Below, in pieces: positions 13,434 through 27,427 of a stretch of 64,000 bases of DNA (its first letter is position 1; the number at the start of each line of letters is the position of its first letter). A program made the translations under genes and the position numbers. Origin of the DNA: Felis catus. Its lineage: Eukaryota. Location: NCBI RefSeq assembly GCF_018350175.1, contig NC_058368.1, positions 163,248,001-163,312,000 of the forward strand, in the 5' to 3' direction. The notes beneath the pieces are model-generated. The model was not told where the DNA came from. It saw nothing but the letters and a program-made list of their open reading frames with translations, and ran no database searches.

Positions 13434-16400
13434 ACTTGAAGACTTGTTACTCCCCATGCTTTCTTGTAAATTAGAATAACTTAAGCTAAGGCAGTATGTA
13501 GAATGAGGAGCTTTCTTCCTAAACCGATAATGCCCTCTGTATGTAATGTTTCAGCTTTCTGATACAAGGGACTTGAGGAGGAATGGATGTCCAGAATTCT
13601 TTGATTGTTTATACTGTGCCATAATTAATTACAATTTAAATCTTTTTGTTGGTGTGTTTGGCATAAGAGAAGCTTGTATGACTCTATAGAGAGAGGGTAA
13701 AGTTAAAAAAAAATTGCAATGAGAAGACATTTGAAGCCACTCTGAGCTGCTGGTGCCCTCCTGTAGAGAACATATTTGAGACACACAAGCAACTGCCTAC
13801 CTTTTACAATCCATTTAGAGAGTCAACCTCAAACCTTTCCTTAGGTAATGGGATTAACACTCTGCTGGGACTGCAATCTTTAAAGATACAAATTTGTTTC
13901 TAAATGTTCTAGCTAGTAATCCTATGCTCTTTAACAGGTTTTACAATGTAATTGACACTCTTGGAATGGAAAACGCAGACCTCAGACCTCTTTCTGTCTA
14001 CTGGATTAGGAAATACGAAGGCTTTAACAGAAAGCACTCTGTCTTGAGAAAGTTATAATTCGTTGCGCCTCATCTTTGTTCTTCAGTGGTAGTATCATTG
14101 AAGGGATGTGAAGAGTAAGGTGAATTTAGAATACAGTGATACACAGTTGCTTTTATAAGCCACTCAACCATTCATGAAAAAATTTCCTTTTAATGTCCTT
14201 AATTTGTACTACTTCAGAAGAAAAGTGTGTTAAGAAACATTTTCAGTTTAAGCATATTGCTTGATAATTAAAAACCTTCAGATCCAGTTAGTTTAAATAT
14301 AAAAGGAATAAAAGTCAAGAACTGTTCAGTTCTTCTCTTTACTGTCTTCTTTGAACAAGCCATACCTTACCTCCCTGGAAGGACAATATAAGTATTTTGA
14401 GACATTATGATCCTTGGAAAATAAAACAAGATAAAATCTTGGTAAACTTCTTTTATAACACATTCCTGATCATATTCTAATATTTTTATTCCCTTTTATT
14501 TTTAATTATATCCTAACATGAATAATGACTGAGCATTGTAAACAAATATTATTACTTTTAGAAAAATGCCTATAAATTGATCTATTCCAAGTCCGTTTTC
14601 ATGAAGCATACTTTTTTTTTAGAGCTAGGATTCCAATGGTCTATAAAATATAAATTATAATATCTTTTGAAGGTTACTGTGAATTTAATATAAACACCAC
14701 TCTTGTTACCACATTAATTTAGATAAAAAAGCAAATATTATTCTATAGTAAAATTTTACTCGACATTTGTTGTAATTTTTCTTTTGAAACTACACTCAAT
14801 TTCTTCTAAGATGTTCTATTTCCCTTTCTTCTTTATGTACTATGTTGACTATACCATGTCTTGATGGCTTCTGATCATAATTCTGAATATCAGTTGTGTC
14901 TGTGCTGTAGAAATGCTGGGGTACACCTAGGGAATACTGACTTTGGCATCAGAGGCCTGATTTACCACTCTTTGACTACCTACTGTAAGTTATTCAGTTT
15001 TTTCATCTGTAAGATGGGGCTAGTCATATACATCTAGGGCAGTGGTGAAGGTTACATGAGATTGAATTGTATATAACAGTGTGTGGCATATAGAAAGTGT
15101 CTCCCAGTTCAATAAGTTTAGTTTCCTAGTTCATGGTAGATAGAATGGAAATGCAGATGGTTGGGTGTGGTTTGGGGTTTGGGTTTGGACAGTTCCATGC
15201 TTATATGCTGAGTGCATCTGTGGCCTTGATATTTATCATATTATTATTTCTTTGCTTCCTTTTTATTAATTGAAAAGAGAAGGAGAGGAAGAATGAACCT
15301 ATGTAATCTCTAAGGTAGTATCCTTTAGCTCTCAGCATAGGCTGAAAGTATATGTGACTTAATCAACTGCATTTGCAGATAAGAAGTTCCTACCTCATAG
15401 GGTTATTTTGAAGATTTAAAGATATAATAATTCAAAGAGCTTATTAGCACCTGCTAAGTTATCAGGAATGTAAGCTATTACTAATATAAAGATGTGACTC
15501 TTGTGATAGAGTTTGCATACTGTGAATTTTGGCTGAAAGTTATATGTATAAACATTTTCTGGGTACTCCAATTTAGGCTAATTTATATGTACTCCATTTT
15601 TTTTAAAGACTAAGCTTTTAATGGTTATAATTATCAATAAAAGTTGCTAAATTGTAAGAATATTTGATATATATTCATGTAAACAAACAATTCCTTTTGG
15701 ATTTTTAATATGTAGTCTTTAAATAAAAAAGCCAAAAATTAGCAAGTAAGAGGTTTTTGTCTTTAGAAAAGAGTACCTGTTAGGAATAATTCTGAATATA
15801 TCTTATATTTTATCCAAATGTATGCAGATTATCTGTGTGTATATTACCTTTGGAAATCTCAGAATCTAGAGAGAATTTACTTAGTCTCTTTTTTCTGGGC
15901 CCTGGTCGTGCATCATGTCAGTAGTCCACTGGTCAAACAACATATATAGAGCTCTTTCAATATACTAGGTAAATATTTGCCTGTAACCATGGCTGATGTC
16001 TAGCTGGGATACGCTCATCTCCTATTAATTAAAAATCCTATACACAGCAAATTAGGCATTTTTGCTTTGAAAAAAATGGAGGACCTAAAGGAGGCTCACA
16101 GATTTTATAGGAATAATGCTAATCGGTTGTTAAACTTCTGCTCACTGTGGTTATGAGTGTCAGGGTCGCAGGGTAAGTCAGAAGTCAAGTATGTCAATTT
16201 ATAGATCAGAATATGAACTTCAGTGTGGTTAAGGTACTAGCCTAGGGACCATAAGTTTCAACTTCTGTGTCAGCTCTGCTCAGTTGGGATTTTGGCTGCT
16301 TGAAGGTCATAGACTTGCCGGTCAAGGTCACACAGCTAGTTTGTGGCGGACCTTGGACTAGAACCTAGTTCTTTCGGTTTCTAATCTCATTTTCATTTCT

Positions 16401-18074
16401 CCTGGCCATTTTATTATAAAACTCTTGGAAATCTTTATATTGAATACATTTTTATAACCTTGTAATCCATTATGTAGGCATAAAAAGTTAAGATTCTGAC
16501 ATTTTTATTATATGCAAAGGAAATGAAAATTATCTTGTTAAAAATATCATGCTTATTATTCAATTTTGAAAATGCAGACAAGATGTGTGAAAGAGGAATG
16601 TAGCTTCATATGCATATCTTTTAAGTGTGACCCTTTGTTACTGTGCTCTGTTGTACAAAGTATGCTATCAGCTTTTTTAAGGACCCATTTCAACATGGAT
16701 TAAGTCTTTAGGGAATTAGCTTGAACTATTTTTTGGCAATTGCCAAAACATGCATATGTGTGGAGTAGGAATATATTATCAATAGCTGAAAGTAATTGTG
16801 ATGCTATGTATAATATGAGTATATTCCATACGGTTTTTAAGCCCGGTGGGTGAAGTTTGTGTATTTCCTGGGTAGCATTGTTAGCACACAGTAAATATCT
16901 AACAATATGATAACTCTTTCCTCATATAGTATTTGCTTTAACTGGAAAAAATTTACTTCTATGCTAATATGGTACAATTCTTAAAACATGTTAAGATGCT
17001 AAGTGAAATTCATGGCATTTTGTTACAATATCGTCATTTTTTATAGGAACTAATTTGTCTTTCTTCCTCTCGCTCTTCTGCACACACTACAGCTTCCTCC
17101 AGTCATTGAACTTTCCTGTGACATGCTCTATGTTTTCATCTAACTGCCTTTGTAACCAGTAGTACTAAAGTTCTACATTCCCTTAAAACCCAGGCTTTAA
17201 AGATGGTCTCAGAGCTGTTCCCTTTAAGTCTTTTGTCTAGTAGTTCTTTATAACCTGAAAAATTAATAAATGTCTGAATCTAACCATGATTGCAAATTTC
17301 CAAACTTTTCTCTGTTTTGATAATTGAGTCCTACTTTACCTAGTAGTGTATTGATTATTTGGGGACACACAGTAATTCCTCTTAACAAGAATACTAAAAT
17401 ATTATTGGAGCCAACACCATTTTAAGTCAGGCCTGACATTGACCCATGAACATAGCTAGGGCAAGGCCAAGCTAGTCTGGTATAGCTTCAGGAGCTTCCA
17501 TGTATGTCCCCTTTCTCCCAAATATTGTCCTCCTTTTCTTTTATTCTTACATATTGCTCTTTATTCTGTAATTAGATATACCAACTTTTCAATAACTGGT
17601 TAGAAGGATAAGTCACAGAGAACTCATTCACATGAAAGTGTAATACCAGACAATTGGGTACATAACCACCTCTAGAGCAACGGGAGGTGAAACAGCTAAG
17701 TAACAAGGGGCACAAGCTTTGAGTCAGACACTCCTAGGGGTTAAGTCTTTTTTATTTTTTTTAGATATTTTGTCATTTTGAACAAGTTAAAGTTTGTAAG
17801 TTCATTCAGACCACTGTTTCCTCACTTGTAAGATGAAGATGATAATGTTTCATCAACTATATTATTAGAAAGTGAATAAATGAGAAGCTGAGGCCCCTCA
17901 GGCATGTTTTGTGGGGATCATATCTTTGCCAGGAATCTTTCCTGTTTACTTCTATTGGTTGAGGAAATGTAGAGGCCATGTTAATGCTTACAGCTGTGCT
18001 TCCCATTATTTATAAACATTCTTTGCTTTTCTTTGATGATGTTATAAGTGGATTCATCCTCATCAAACTGAGTC

Positions 18075-18332
18075 TTTATTAATTGAGGATTTCTGCCCTC
18101 AAGCATCCGTCATGCAGAAACAGTACGGACATACAAGAAAGAGTTAAAATACAAAGCTTTTTATATAAAGGTCATCAGTGCTACAGGATGTTGGGGAAGG
18201 GAAAGAACACATTGTGCAGATCAAACACCATATCAATGACAACTCCACTTTTCTCTTTGGTGTGGCCATTGAGATAAGTGGCATAAAAGGATGTTTGATA
18301 CTGGGACTCAATAAGGGTAGTCCTGTAAAAAT
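18075..18332 (-). other. Candidate terminal exon of an unidentified minus-strand transcript
   Basis: Tandem acceptors atttttacag/atttttacag with upstream ctgac. Open frame (DFY)RTTLIESQYQTSFYATYLNGHTKEKSGVVIDMVFDLHNVFFPFPNIL* ends at 18181. AATAAA on the minus strand at 18075-18080. Protein not recognised. Confidence 0.3.
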
Positions 18333-19104
18333 CTGTAAAAATCATAATTTTGTCAGATCTTGTTTGCAAGGTTTGGTTTCATAGAATAAATTAGCATATC
18401 TTTTAAAAATATTTAATTCATTTACCATCTATACTTGAAAGGCAACTTGGTTTTTTCACATTCCAATGAGTGGAGCTTAGTATTATTCACAGGGTGAAGG
18501 ATGCTGCGTTCCCCACACCTATCCCTAAGGGCTCACATTTTCTGAGAACACATCCTACATTGAATTTGCGATTGTCCATGAAGCTGTTATAGAGTAATGG
18601 CTGAAATACAAATTTTATCTTTATGTGTTTGTGGCAGCAAAATGCAGAGTTCTCCTACTTGTTTGAGTAGCAGTGTTTATTTCATATACAAAGGAGAAGC
18701 AAAGGCATATATAATTAATTATTGAATGTGTCTAGCACTAAATGGTTCCCTTTTTAAAAAATTCCAGTCAAAGATGGATTTGAAATGTGTTCTTTAATTC
18801 TACGTTGACTAAGTAAAGGTTTTATGAATATGTTGGAGCTCTCCTGAGTTTAATACCAATTAGTTTATTTTGTTTTGGAATATTTTTTTTAAATTTCACT
18901 TTTGTTCCTCATCTTTGTATAATCTTTTCCCCTTCTTTTGCAATGGCTCCTTCCCCCTCATGCAATGGCCATGGTAATTTCTATATCGTTTCAGTTTTCG
19001 TATATGTGCTGCCAAAGAGAGCACCCATTCTTTTTGGAACATTTACCTTGAACTGAGTACGAAAGAGTTTGTTATAATATTGTACTAGTTGAAAGTTGCA
19101 TATC

Positions 19105-19800
19105 TGTTAACAAATATTTGCTGATATCTTGCTATGTGTGAGGCACTATGCTAGGTATTGGGGGTATAATAGTGAATAAAGCTTTCAAAAATCCCTACTC
19201 TCATGGGGCTTACAGTCAGAAATTAAACAAAGTAATAAGTAAAATAGGTAATATTGTAATTAAACTAAACACTTTGGAGCAGTACAGGGTGGTGGGTGAT
19301 CCTAGGAGCATGGGAAATGTTGCAATTCTAAATGTCAAGGTCAATGAAGACCTCACTGTAAAGGTGATAATTTTTCAAAGACCTGAAGTGAGCAAGAGAG
19401 GAAACCAAATGGATACCTACCTATGTGGGGTGAGAATATTCTTGGCAGATGAAACAGCAAGTGCAAAGACTCTGAAGTGGGAACATGGCTGTGTGAAGTA
19501 CAGCAAGAAGGCCAGTGTGCCTGTAGGATAAGGAGCAGGGGAGAGGAAGGAGGGAGGAAAGACCCATGAAGAGGGGTGGGCAGTGGGAGAGGTTGGTTTT
19601 GTAGGGCCTCGCATGCCAGGATGATGACTCTTGCTTTTACTCTGACTCAAATGAGAGGGGTGTTAAGCAGCGAGACATGAGCTGCCTTACCAAAGGCTTA
19701 CTATGATTGCTGTGCATTGAGAACAGATTATAAGGTGGCAAGGGCAAAAGCGGGGAGATGAGTTAGGAGGCAATTACAATAACCTGGGTATGAGAAGATG
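19105..19800 (-). mobile_element. LINE-2 fragment
   Basis: aacaaatatttgctga...ctatgtgtgaggcactatgctaggtattgggg is L2 3'-end-like, followed by an L2 body. It explains ORF 19148-19531. Confidence 0.7.
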
Positions 19801-22800
19801 GTATCTAACTACTTACTGTGCATTCATTGCTGCGTGTATTGTATACAGAGACCAGTGCAAAGGGACCATTTCTATTTAGTTTTTAGTCTCTGCATTGTTT
19901 CCCCTTGTGGCACAAATCTTACATGAAAGGGAAACAAATCAATGAAAGTGACATCCTTCACATTGTTTTAGTCATTACTGTGATAATATGAATCTTGTGT
20001 GTGTATGGCATTATATAGTTTTCCAGAGCATTCTTATATATATTGCCACATCTAGCCCACACTGTAGCCTATTTAAAGAATGATAGTCCTGAGGTTTATA
20101 GGACATGGCTAGAGTCATGCAGCTGGTTCCTTCTTTTTTCAGGAGCGTGCACGTTGGCTTCTGTGAATATGTATAAGCTAAGCAATAACCAATAACCATC
20201 TATTCATGGAAGATGGGATTTGGGTACACTTAAAGAAATTTACTCAGCTGCTGACTCATTAAAGAGTATATTTATCATTGGTGGTGGCTGGGTTGTCAAG
20301 CTGAAAAAACAGCTTTGTTACTGGAATTGAGTCTGTAAATTCTTCAGAGGAGATTCTTTATAAACAAGAATATGCATTAATTTTCTCCTTTTAAGTTCAT
20401 CATTTCTGTTTGCAGGATTCACATGGCTAAAGATGAAGTAGATAAAAGTGTTCTAAAACTGGAAGAAACTTCCACCCAAATGGGGGGGGGGGTTATAATA
20501 CCGAAAGATATTTAATTTTTGCTGAACAGTAATGCTAGGTACAGTGTCGCCTTGTGTATGTCAAAATATTTCAGACAGATGATTTTCATATATGGAATTT
20601 AAATAACAAGGCTCATGACATTTTACTTTTAACCTACAAGATACATTGAATACAATTAAAATAGTCAAGTTAATGTCAAAGGAAATAACAAAAATAACTT
20701 CTCTGATTTAATTTAAATTTAAGATATATTTTCAGTGTTTCAGAGAAAGAGTGAGGGTATTGCAGAAATTGCTCTATGTTATAGTAGTTGAGAAAGCAGA
20801 GTGTGTATTTTGTATGATGTAACACCTCTTGCAACATTTGAATGAACAAAATCTGAATGGGAAAATACACCTTTGTAGTCAAAGGGAATAATATATCACT
20901 TGAATTGTGTTCCTGAATTGCCATTTGTCTGGGAGATTGAATTTTTGAACATAACAGCAGTAAAATGCAAAAAAGGCAGATTAATATAGTGATGACTGTG
21001 AAAAAATTTAAGTGCTCAGGATCAGAATTTGAACTTATGGTCCACACAATAGTACTCCATTTTTTTCTTACAAATATGATTATTGAAAAGATTAATATTT
21101 TATGTTGAAAAGCCACTTATTTGAATAACCTCTCAATTATATTCCCCATTAAAGATGTTTTTTCCCCCACTTTTTAGTTGAAATAGCAATATGTATAAAA
21201 TGCAGTTGATGTTCTGGCTTTCAATCTGACAAGCTTTTGCAATATGTAGAATACTTGAAAGGCAGAGCCCTTTCAAAATGTTCTTTTTGAGCTTTTTTCT
21301 GGGTAATGGTTTCTGGATTAGCCTAGGGATTGGTGCCGCGGGTAGCATCTGAGATAGTGGTTTCTTTTTCTCTAATCCTGTTTTTTCCTATGTGGCCCAC
21401 TCTTTAAGTCCTTCTTCTTCCCTCCTTCTGCTTCTTTTCTTGTTGATTTAATTCTTCTGTTCAACAATATTATCGAGTGCCTCCTATATGCCAGGCATTA
21501 TTCAATACAGCTCCTTGCTCTCTTGAAGCTTCCCGTCTTGTGAGGCAGGTGAACCATCACACAAACAAGGGAAAGTATTCACTATGATTAGGCCCAGAGA
21601 GTAGTGAGAGAGAGCAGGGCACCTTTGTGCTGGGGAGGTGGGGGGAGGCACAGTCTGCTCACTTCGTGTGGAAAGATGGAGCTGTTACTTCCTTCTTGAG
21701 CCTTTTTCTGTTTATTCTCAGCCTGATTCCTAATAGCCTGACTGCACTGACAACTTTCATGTACCCGGAGTTGAAGCCAGTGCCACGGTGTGTCTCTTCC
21801 CCCACTTAGAGATCTGCCAGTGACAGAAAAACGTCATTCCCTAATGTGCTTTTGCTTTTCTTACTTCCTATTAAGCATAACGATCGAGTATTTTACAAGA
21901 CATTCCTGATCCTTCCACCACCACCTAGCTTCATTCTCTTAGTACCACACATGTTGTATTTGCTTCTGTTATAGACCCTCTCACGTTGCCTTATAACGTT
22001 TCTCTTCCATCCCGTTACTATGCCACCCCAGCTGCCCCTGTAAAAGCCAGGTAAGCATGGTTTCTGTTTATCTTTGTTTGTTTTTCCCCCCAGAGGTTAA
22101 ACAGTGGCTGAAGCAAATAAGTTTCAATAACTTATGTTGTATTTTGTAACCATATTAATAAATGGGTTATATTTATAGTACTTACTCTTACAATAATTCC
22201 AAGCCACAAATATACTTTTTTCCAAGATGTAAATTGTTAAGTGAAAGCACAAAATGTAATATATTATGGGATTAATTTCAGAAACTAAATGCACTCTTGT
22301 CAATTAAATAAAATGTAAAAGGTACATTAATAACTAGTTTCCTCTGTTTGAGTATTTATATTTTTCATAGCCAAAGACAGCAGGATTCTGAACCACATTT
22401 AGAATTAATCAGAAGAAACCTAAGAGGCATGTAGAAAAACAACATAATTATATATGTGGTTTTATATATGCACTGCAAAGTGAAATTAGATAAGTCATTT
22501 GAAGAGTTGTATGATTCATTATAATGCAATCCATTATGTGGCTCACCTTAAATTATAATGTAACACTGAAAAAAATGCCACGGCCCTAAAGAAATATTTT
22601 ATGTGAGGGATGTCATCATGCATTTACCGGAATCAGTATCGATATTTTGTAAGTTTTCATAGAAAAACTTCTAAACATTTTAAAGCAACATTTAAAAAGA
22701 ACATTACATTGTGAATATTTAGTTACGTGTTTTTATTTGTTCACTACTAAGATAGAGAAAAATTGATTATATTGACATCATTCTTAAGGTTTTAAAACTG

Positions 22801-23684
22801 CCATTATTTCCATTAGTTAAAAAAAAAAGTAAATAAGTATCGATTTATAGATCAGCAGTCATTGACTTTAAACATCAAGGCATTTTTGTATTTTGTACAG
22901 CCTTTTAAAGTCTACATACGTTTTTACTATCTTTAGTCATACCAGTTTTAAAGAGTGGTCATTAAGTTCTTTGGACATGAATTACTTGCCCCCAAAAGAA
23001 GAAGAATATTAATAATATAAATACTTATGTTTATTTTTTGTAAAAATATCTACATTTAAAGTTTTATATTGTTCCTTCCAAGATGTCAGTTAGTAGATAG
23101 TAAAATGACAAATTCAGCTAAATATAATGGAGAGAGGGGAAGAAAAAATGTGAATACAACTTAATTTCTTAACTTTTGTTTTCTTCTACGTGTCAGAGAA
23201 ACTTATTTAAACTCAAGTTTTAGTTGAAGGGTAATTTTTATTATTTAAAAGAGAAATGTGGCATCATTGTAATTTTACTCTCAAGGTGTATGTTTGCTTT
23301 GTTTTCTTTTTAATTTATTGTGAGTTCAAAGGGAATAGCTGTCTCATAATGAGTTTCTGTCCATGATCAGGAAATAAAAATAAGAAGAAAATAGTGAGGA
23401 GAGGGCCTCTGCTTCATATTCTAATCCATCAGGATAACACATATGTCATGCATGTTCTTAATTCTTGATTAAAAATCTCGATTAAGATGGAAGAGATTCT
23501 GGTTTTTCACCTTTAAATATTCTTTAATATAGAGAGTTGACAGTGATGGATTGACTATTAAGTAATAAATATAGAATCAGAGGTCTGGAATAATCTTTGA
23601 AATATCACCTCCAACTCCCTGAATCTCAGAAGTAGTACATTGAAGTATTTGAATTCCTAAACATCTTTAAAGAAAATTTCATCA

Positions 23685-23830
23685 CTTTTTTATTGTGATA
23701 TATATCATACAGATGAATGCATAAAGCTTAGACAGTTTAAAGAATAGCCATATATTCCTATGGGACCAACACCCAGTTCAAGAAATAGAACATTACTCTT
23801 GCCCTAGAACATTACTCTTTCTCTCTACAT
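23685..23830 (-). mobile_element. Old L1 (L1ME-like) 3' end remnant
   Basis: T tract followed by accaacacccagttcaagaaatagaacattact, typical of old L1M 3' UTRs. Confidence 0.55.
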
Positions 23831-24309
23831 GAAATTGCTTTTACTTTCTATCAAAACCAGTTCCAGTTGTCAAAGTTTATGTTCAAGGATTACATGTAGA
23901 ATCACTGTGTTCCCCTTACCTCCCAAAGTTTCAGGGCTTTATTACTGGAAAGAGTTAAACTCAACAGAGACCCTGCCTAGACCAGAAGTATTTCTATTCC
24001 TGGTGATTCTGAAATGCATTTAGTGGCTGAAAATAAAAGTGTGTCATTTAGGTAATTGTGCCAGGTGATGTGTTTGTTGAAAGAGCTGTGGGGAAGCATC
24101 CTTCTATCTGTCTTTAAAATGCAGAGGCTTAAGACGAAATGTTGTAGAGATTTGGGCAGATGGGACTGAGAAGAGATTCTTGGGTTGACATCGATTAAAT
24201 CCATCTTTCAGGATGATAGAAGAGATCCAGTAGTACTACAATCAGCTGAAATAGTAGGGTAGAAGGTGACTACTGGGAGGCAATTTTCAATTAAGACATC
24301 AGACAAATG

Positions 24310-24520
24310 TGGGCACCCGGTGGCTTAGTCAGTTAAGCCTCCAACTTCAGCTCAGGTCATGATCTCACCGTTTGTGAGTTGGAGCCCTGCATCAGGCTCT
24401 CTGCTGACAGCTCAGAGCCTGGAGCCTCCTGCTTTGGATTCTGTGTTTCCCTCCCTCTCTGCCTCTCCCGTGCTTGCATTCTGTCTTTTTCTTTCTCAAA
24501 AATAAACAAACAATTTAAAA
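24310..24520 (+). mobile_element. Can-SINE with TSD
   Basis: Diverged head gggcacccggtggcttagtcagttaag. TSD aagacatcagacaaatg at 24293-24309 and 24521-24537. Confidence 0.9.
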
Positions 24521-24708
24521 AAGACATCAGACAAATGACTTCAGTGAGTGTAATCAAGTTTTTCAGAAGGAAAAAAACATGTACTGTCATTTTTTACTAG
24601 ACACTAGATCTTTAAATATACACCTCAGTGTTCTGTCCACAAAACATGTTGCTTTTCTTCATTTTGATAGGTACAGCATTATGTCCAAACTTATTTCTTA
24701 TGCTACTT

Positions 24709-24933
24709 CTTTTTTTTTTTTTTTTAAGTTTGTTTATTTTGAGAGAGAAACAGAGGAAGAGCTTGAGCAGGGTAGAGAGAGGCGGGGAGAGAGAATCCCA
24801 AGCACGCTCCATGCGGTCACTGCAGAGCCCCACACGGGGCTCACCGTGGGGCTCACTTTCAGGAACCGCGAGATCATGATCTGAGCGGAAATCAAGAGTC
24901 AGACAATTAACCGACTGAGCCACCCAGCCTCTC
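24709..24933 (-). mobile_element. Can-SINE with TSD
   Basis: Reverse SINE flanked by ttcttatgctactt on both sides; internal repeat of ggggctcac. Confidence 0.9.
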
Positions 24934-25929
24934 TTCTTATGCTACTTTCTTACATTAGGGCCATTTGTTTGGTTTTGTTTTATTGTATTTTGGATTATTA
25001 ATCACTGAGCAGATACTTTATTATTATAAAAGGAATTATAAATATCACTGAAATGGTGCTGGTGTTGAAGGAGCAGATGGGTGCTGATTTCTGCAGTTTT
25101 TGTCTTTGTTTTTTAATATTTTCCCAAAGATAGCTGTTGGCAAAGTATAACAATCTGTGATCAGATTACTGGAACAGAAAAAAAAAAAAGGAAAAGGAAA
25201 TTAACCATACATAGGTCTACATATATTTTTTCTAAAAAGAGAAAAAACCCAACACCTCTAAATAGGGATATTTGTTATAATTAAAGAACATAGAAACACT
25301 TCTATCAGACTTAATATTGCACCTCTCCCATTTCATGATTTTCATTTTCCCTTGCCCTCCTGTTTGCCTCGATGCTCTGTAGTGGATCTCTGTAATACTC
25401 ATTGCTGCCGGGGCAAAGCTCCCACCAGCCAGAGATGTGACAGTTCACAAAGAGAGATGTTTTGGCATTCCCAGACACAGAAGGCCATTAAATTTGGTGT
25501 GAGACAGAACAGGTCTTCTTTATTTTGACCTATAAAACATAGATGCTATTGTAAAAAATATCACTACACAAAATATCTTCAGCCAGTAGCTTTGGATGAT
25601 ATCAGTCTTCAAGGTTTACACTGTATTTTATTACTGTATGTTTTGCCTCCTCCTCTTTATATTTTGAAAAGAAAACCAAGGGGATTCACTATACTATATA
25701 TCAATTTTGAAGCAACTTGTCTGGCTTCAGAGGCATCTCTGAAAGGAGTGTCCCATTGCCTTGTTAGAGTATATTCTTTAACATGTTAAAGGATCATAGG
25801 TTTTAATATCACTAGCTGGGGTAAAGGGCAAGAACTAATCAATATTCTTTCCTAGATCTGTCCCAGGGTGTCTTGCAACCCTATCTGTTTCCTGTTTCTC
25901 CTTTACTTCTTCTGCTTGAGAGCTTTTCT

Positions 25930-26980
25930 AGTTAAAGTCTCCCACATCTCATACACAGTCCATTAGGATATCCCATTTTCTCTACCTATAAAGTATACTT
26001 GGAATCCAACCACTTGTTACCTCAACTGCTACCACTTTGGATTGAACTACCAGGATAAGACAGAAAAAGATAATAAGATATAAAAATACTACCTAATAAT
26101 AATATAATTTATAATAATATAAATGTATAATGATTTCATAAATTAATGAAATAAATTTATAATTTAATTTATAGGGGCACCTGGGTAGCTCAGTCGGTTG
26201 AACATCCGACTTCTGCTTAGGTCATGATCTCAAGGTTGCTCAATTTGAGCCCCACATTAGGTTTGCTGCTGTCAGCGCAGAGCCTGCTTCAGATCCTCAG
26301 TCCCCCTCTCTCTCTGCCCCTCTCCCGCTCATGCTCTCTCTCTCAAAAATAAATAAAGCATTAAAAATACTGTAAATTTATAATACTATAATATAAAAAG
26401 AAGAATATACTTTCCTTGCTTTATCCCTTGCTCCTCCATTCTTCCCCTCAGTCCACAATCTCCATAAAGAAGCCAAAATGATTAATTTGAAATATAAATC
26501 CAATCATGTCCTTCTTCTCGGCCTCTGTAGTGACTTTCCATTTGACGACAGGCCATAGTCCTTACAGTGACCCATAAAGCTCTGCTGATCCAATCTCCAT
26601 TACCTGCCTGAGCTGCTCCCCTGAATTGATTCCAGCACATTTGCCTTTTTGTGGCTGCTTTGCTCCAGCCCTTTCATCTCCCTGGAGACCTCTGTAGACA
26701 GCCAGTGTTCTCATTCCTGACCTCCTGGGAGTCTTGGTCACCTGTCACCTTTATAGTCTCATAGTTTACTGCTTATCTTATCCTAACATTCTCATTCTCT
26801 CTTCCTCTGCTCTCCTTTTCCCATGATGATCATCACCTTCTAACATACAATGTTATTAAACTATTATGTGTTTATGGGCCATTTTCTTGCTACGATGTAA
26901 GATGCATGAGGGCTGAAATCTTCCATTTGTCCATGGTGTATTTTAAGCACTTAGAAATTATTTATTCAGTAAATGAATCC
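25930..26980 (+). mobile_element. LINE-2 fragment interrupted by a Can-SINE
   Basis: Pyrimidine-rich L2 body ending gatgtaagatgcatgagggctgaaatc...tattcagtaaatgaat. Confidence 0.6.
26174..26368 (+). mobile_element. Can-SINE
   Basis: Head ggggcacctgggtagctcagtcggttgaacatccgact, CT linker, aaaaataaataaa tail. Confidence 0.92.
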
Positions 26981-27427
26981 GTATAAAATAAATTATTGGA
27001 ATACACCTTACTGGCTCTTCACTTTTCTTCTTTGCAGATCTCACAGCCGTCCTTATTTGTAACTAGACAAATGGGTGGCATCAGCACTAAATCTCTTAGA
27101 TGTAGCATCCTAAACCAAATATTAGAACCAAAATTTTAAAAGGAAAGTGAATCTCAAATATAAATATCTTTAAGTCGTTTTTTAAGCATGACCATAACAC
27201 CCTTATTTCTGTCTCTCTCAAAAACATCTACAAACTTTCATTATCGCTTTTGGTTCCAAAAAGGAGTTACCAAAAAGAGATGTTTTCAATCTAGATTTAA
27301 TATCCCTATTGATATCCATGTTACTCTAAGGGTAATTCAGTTCTCCGCTAATTTATAGATGGGAGGAATGAGAATCTTGGAATAAATGCTGAATATGATC
27401 TGATAAGAAAATAGATAAAAATCTTCT

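Noticed and set aside
19148..19531. 127-aa ORF
   Set aside because: Lies within a LINE-2 remnant.
20676..21116. 146-aa hydrophobic ORF
   Set aside because: Composition fits a chance ORF in AT-rich DNA; no recognisable domain or supporting exon structure.
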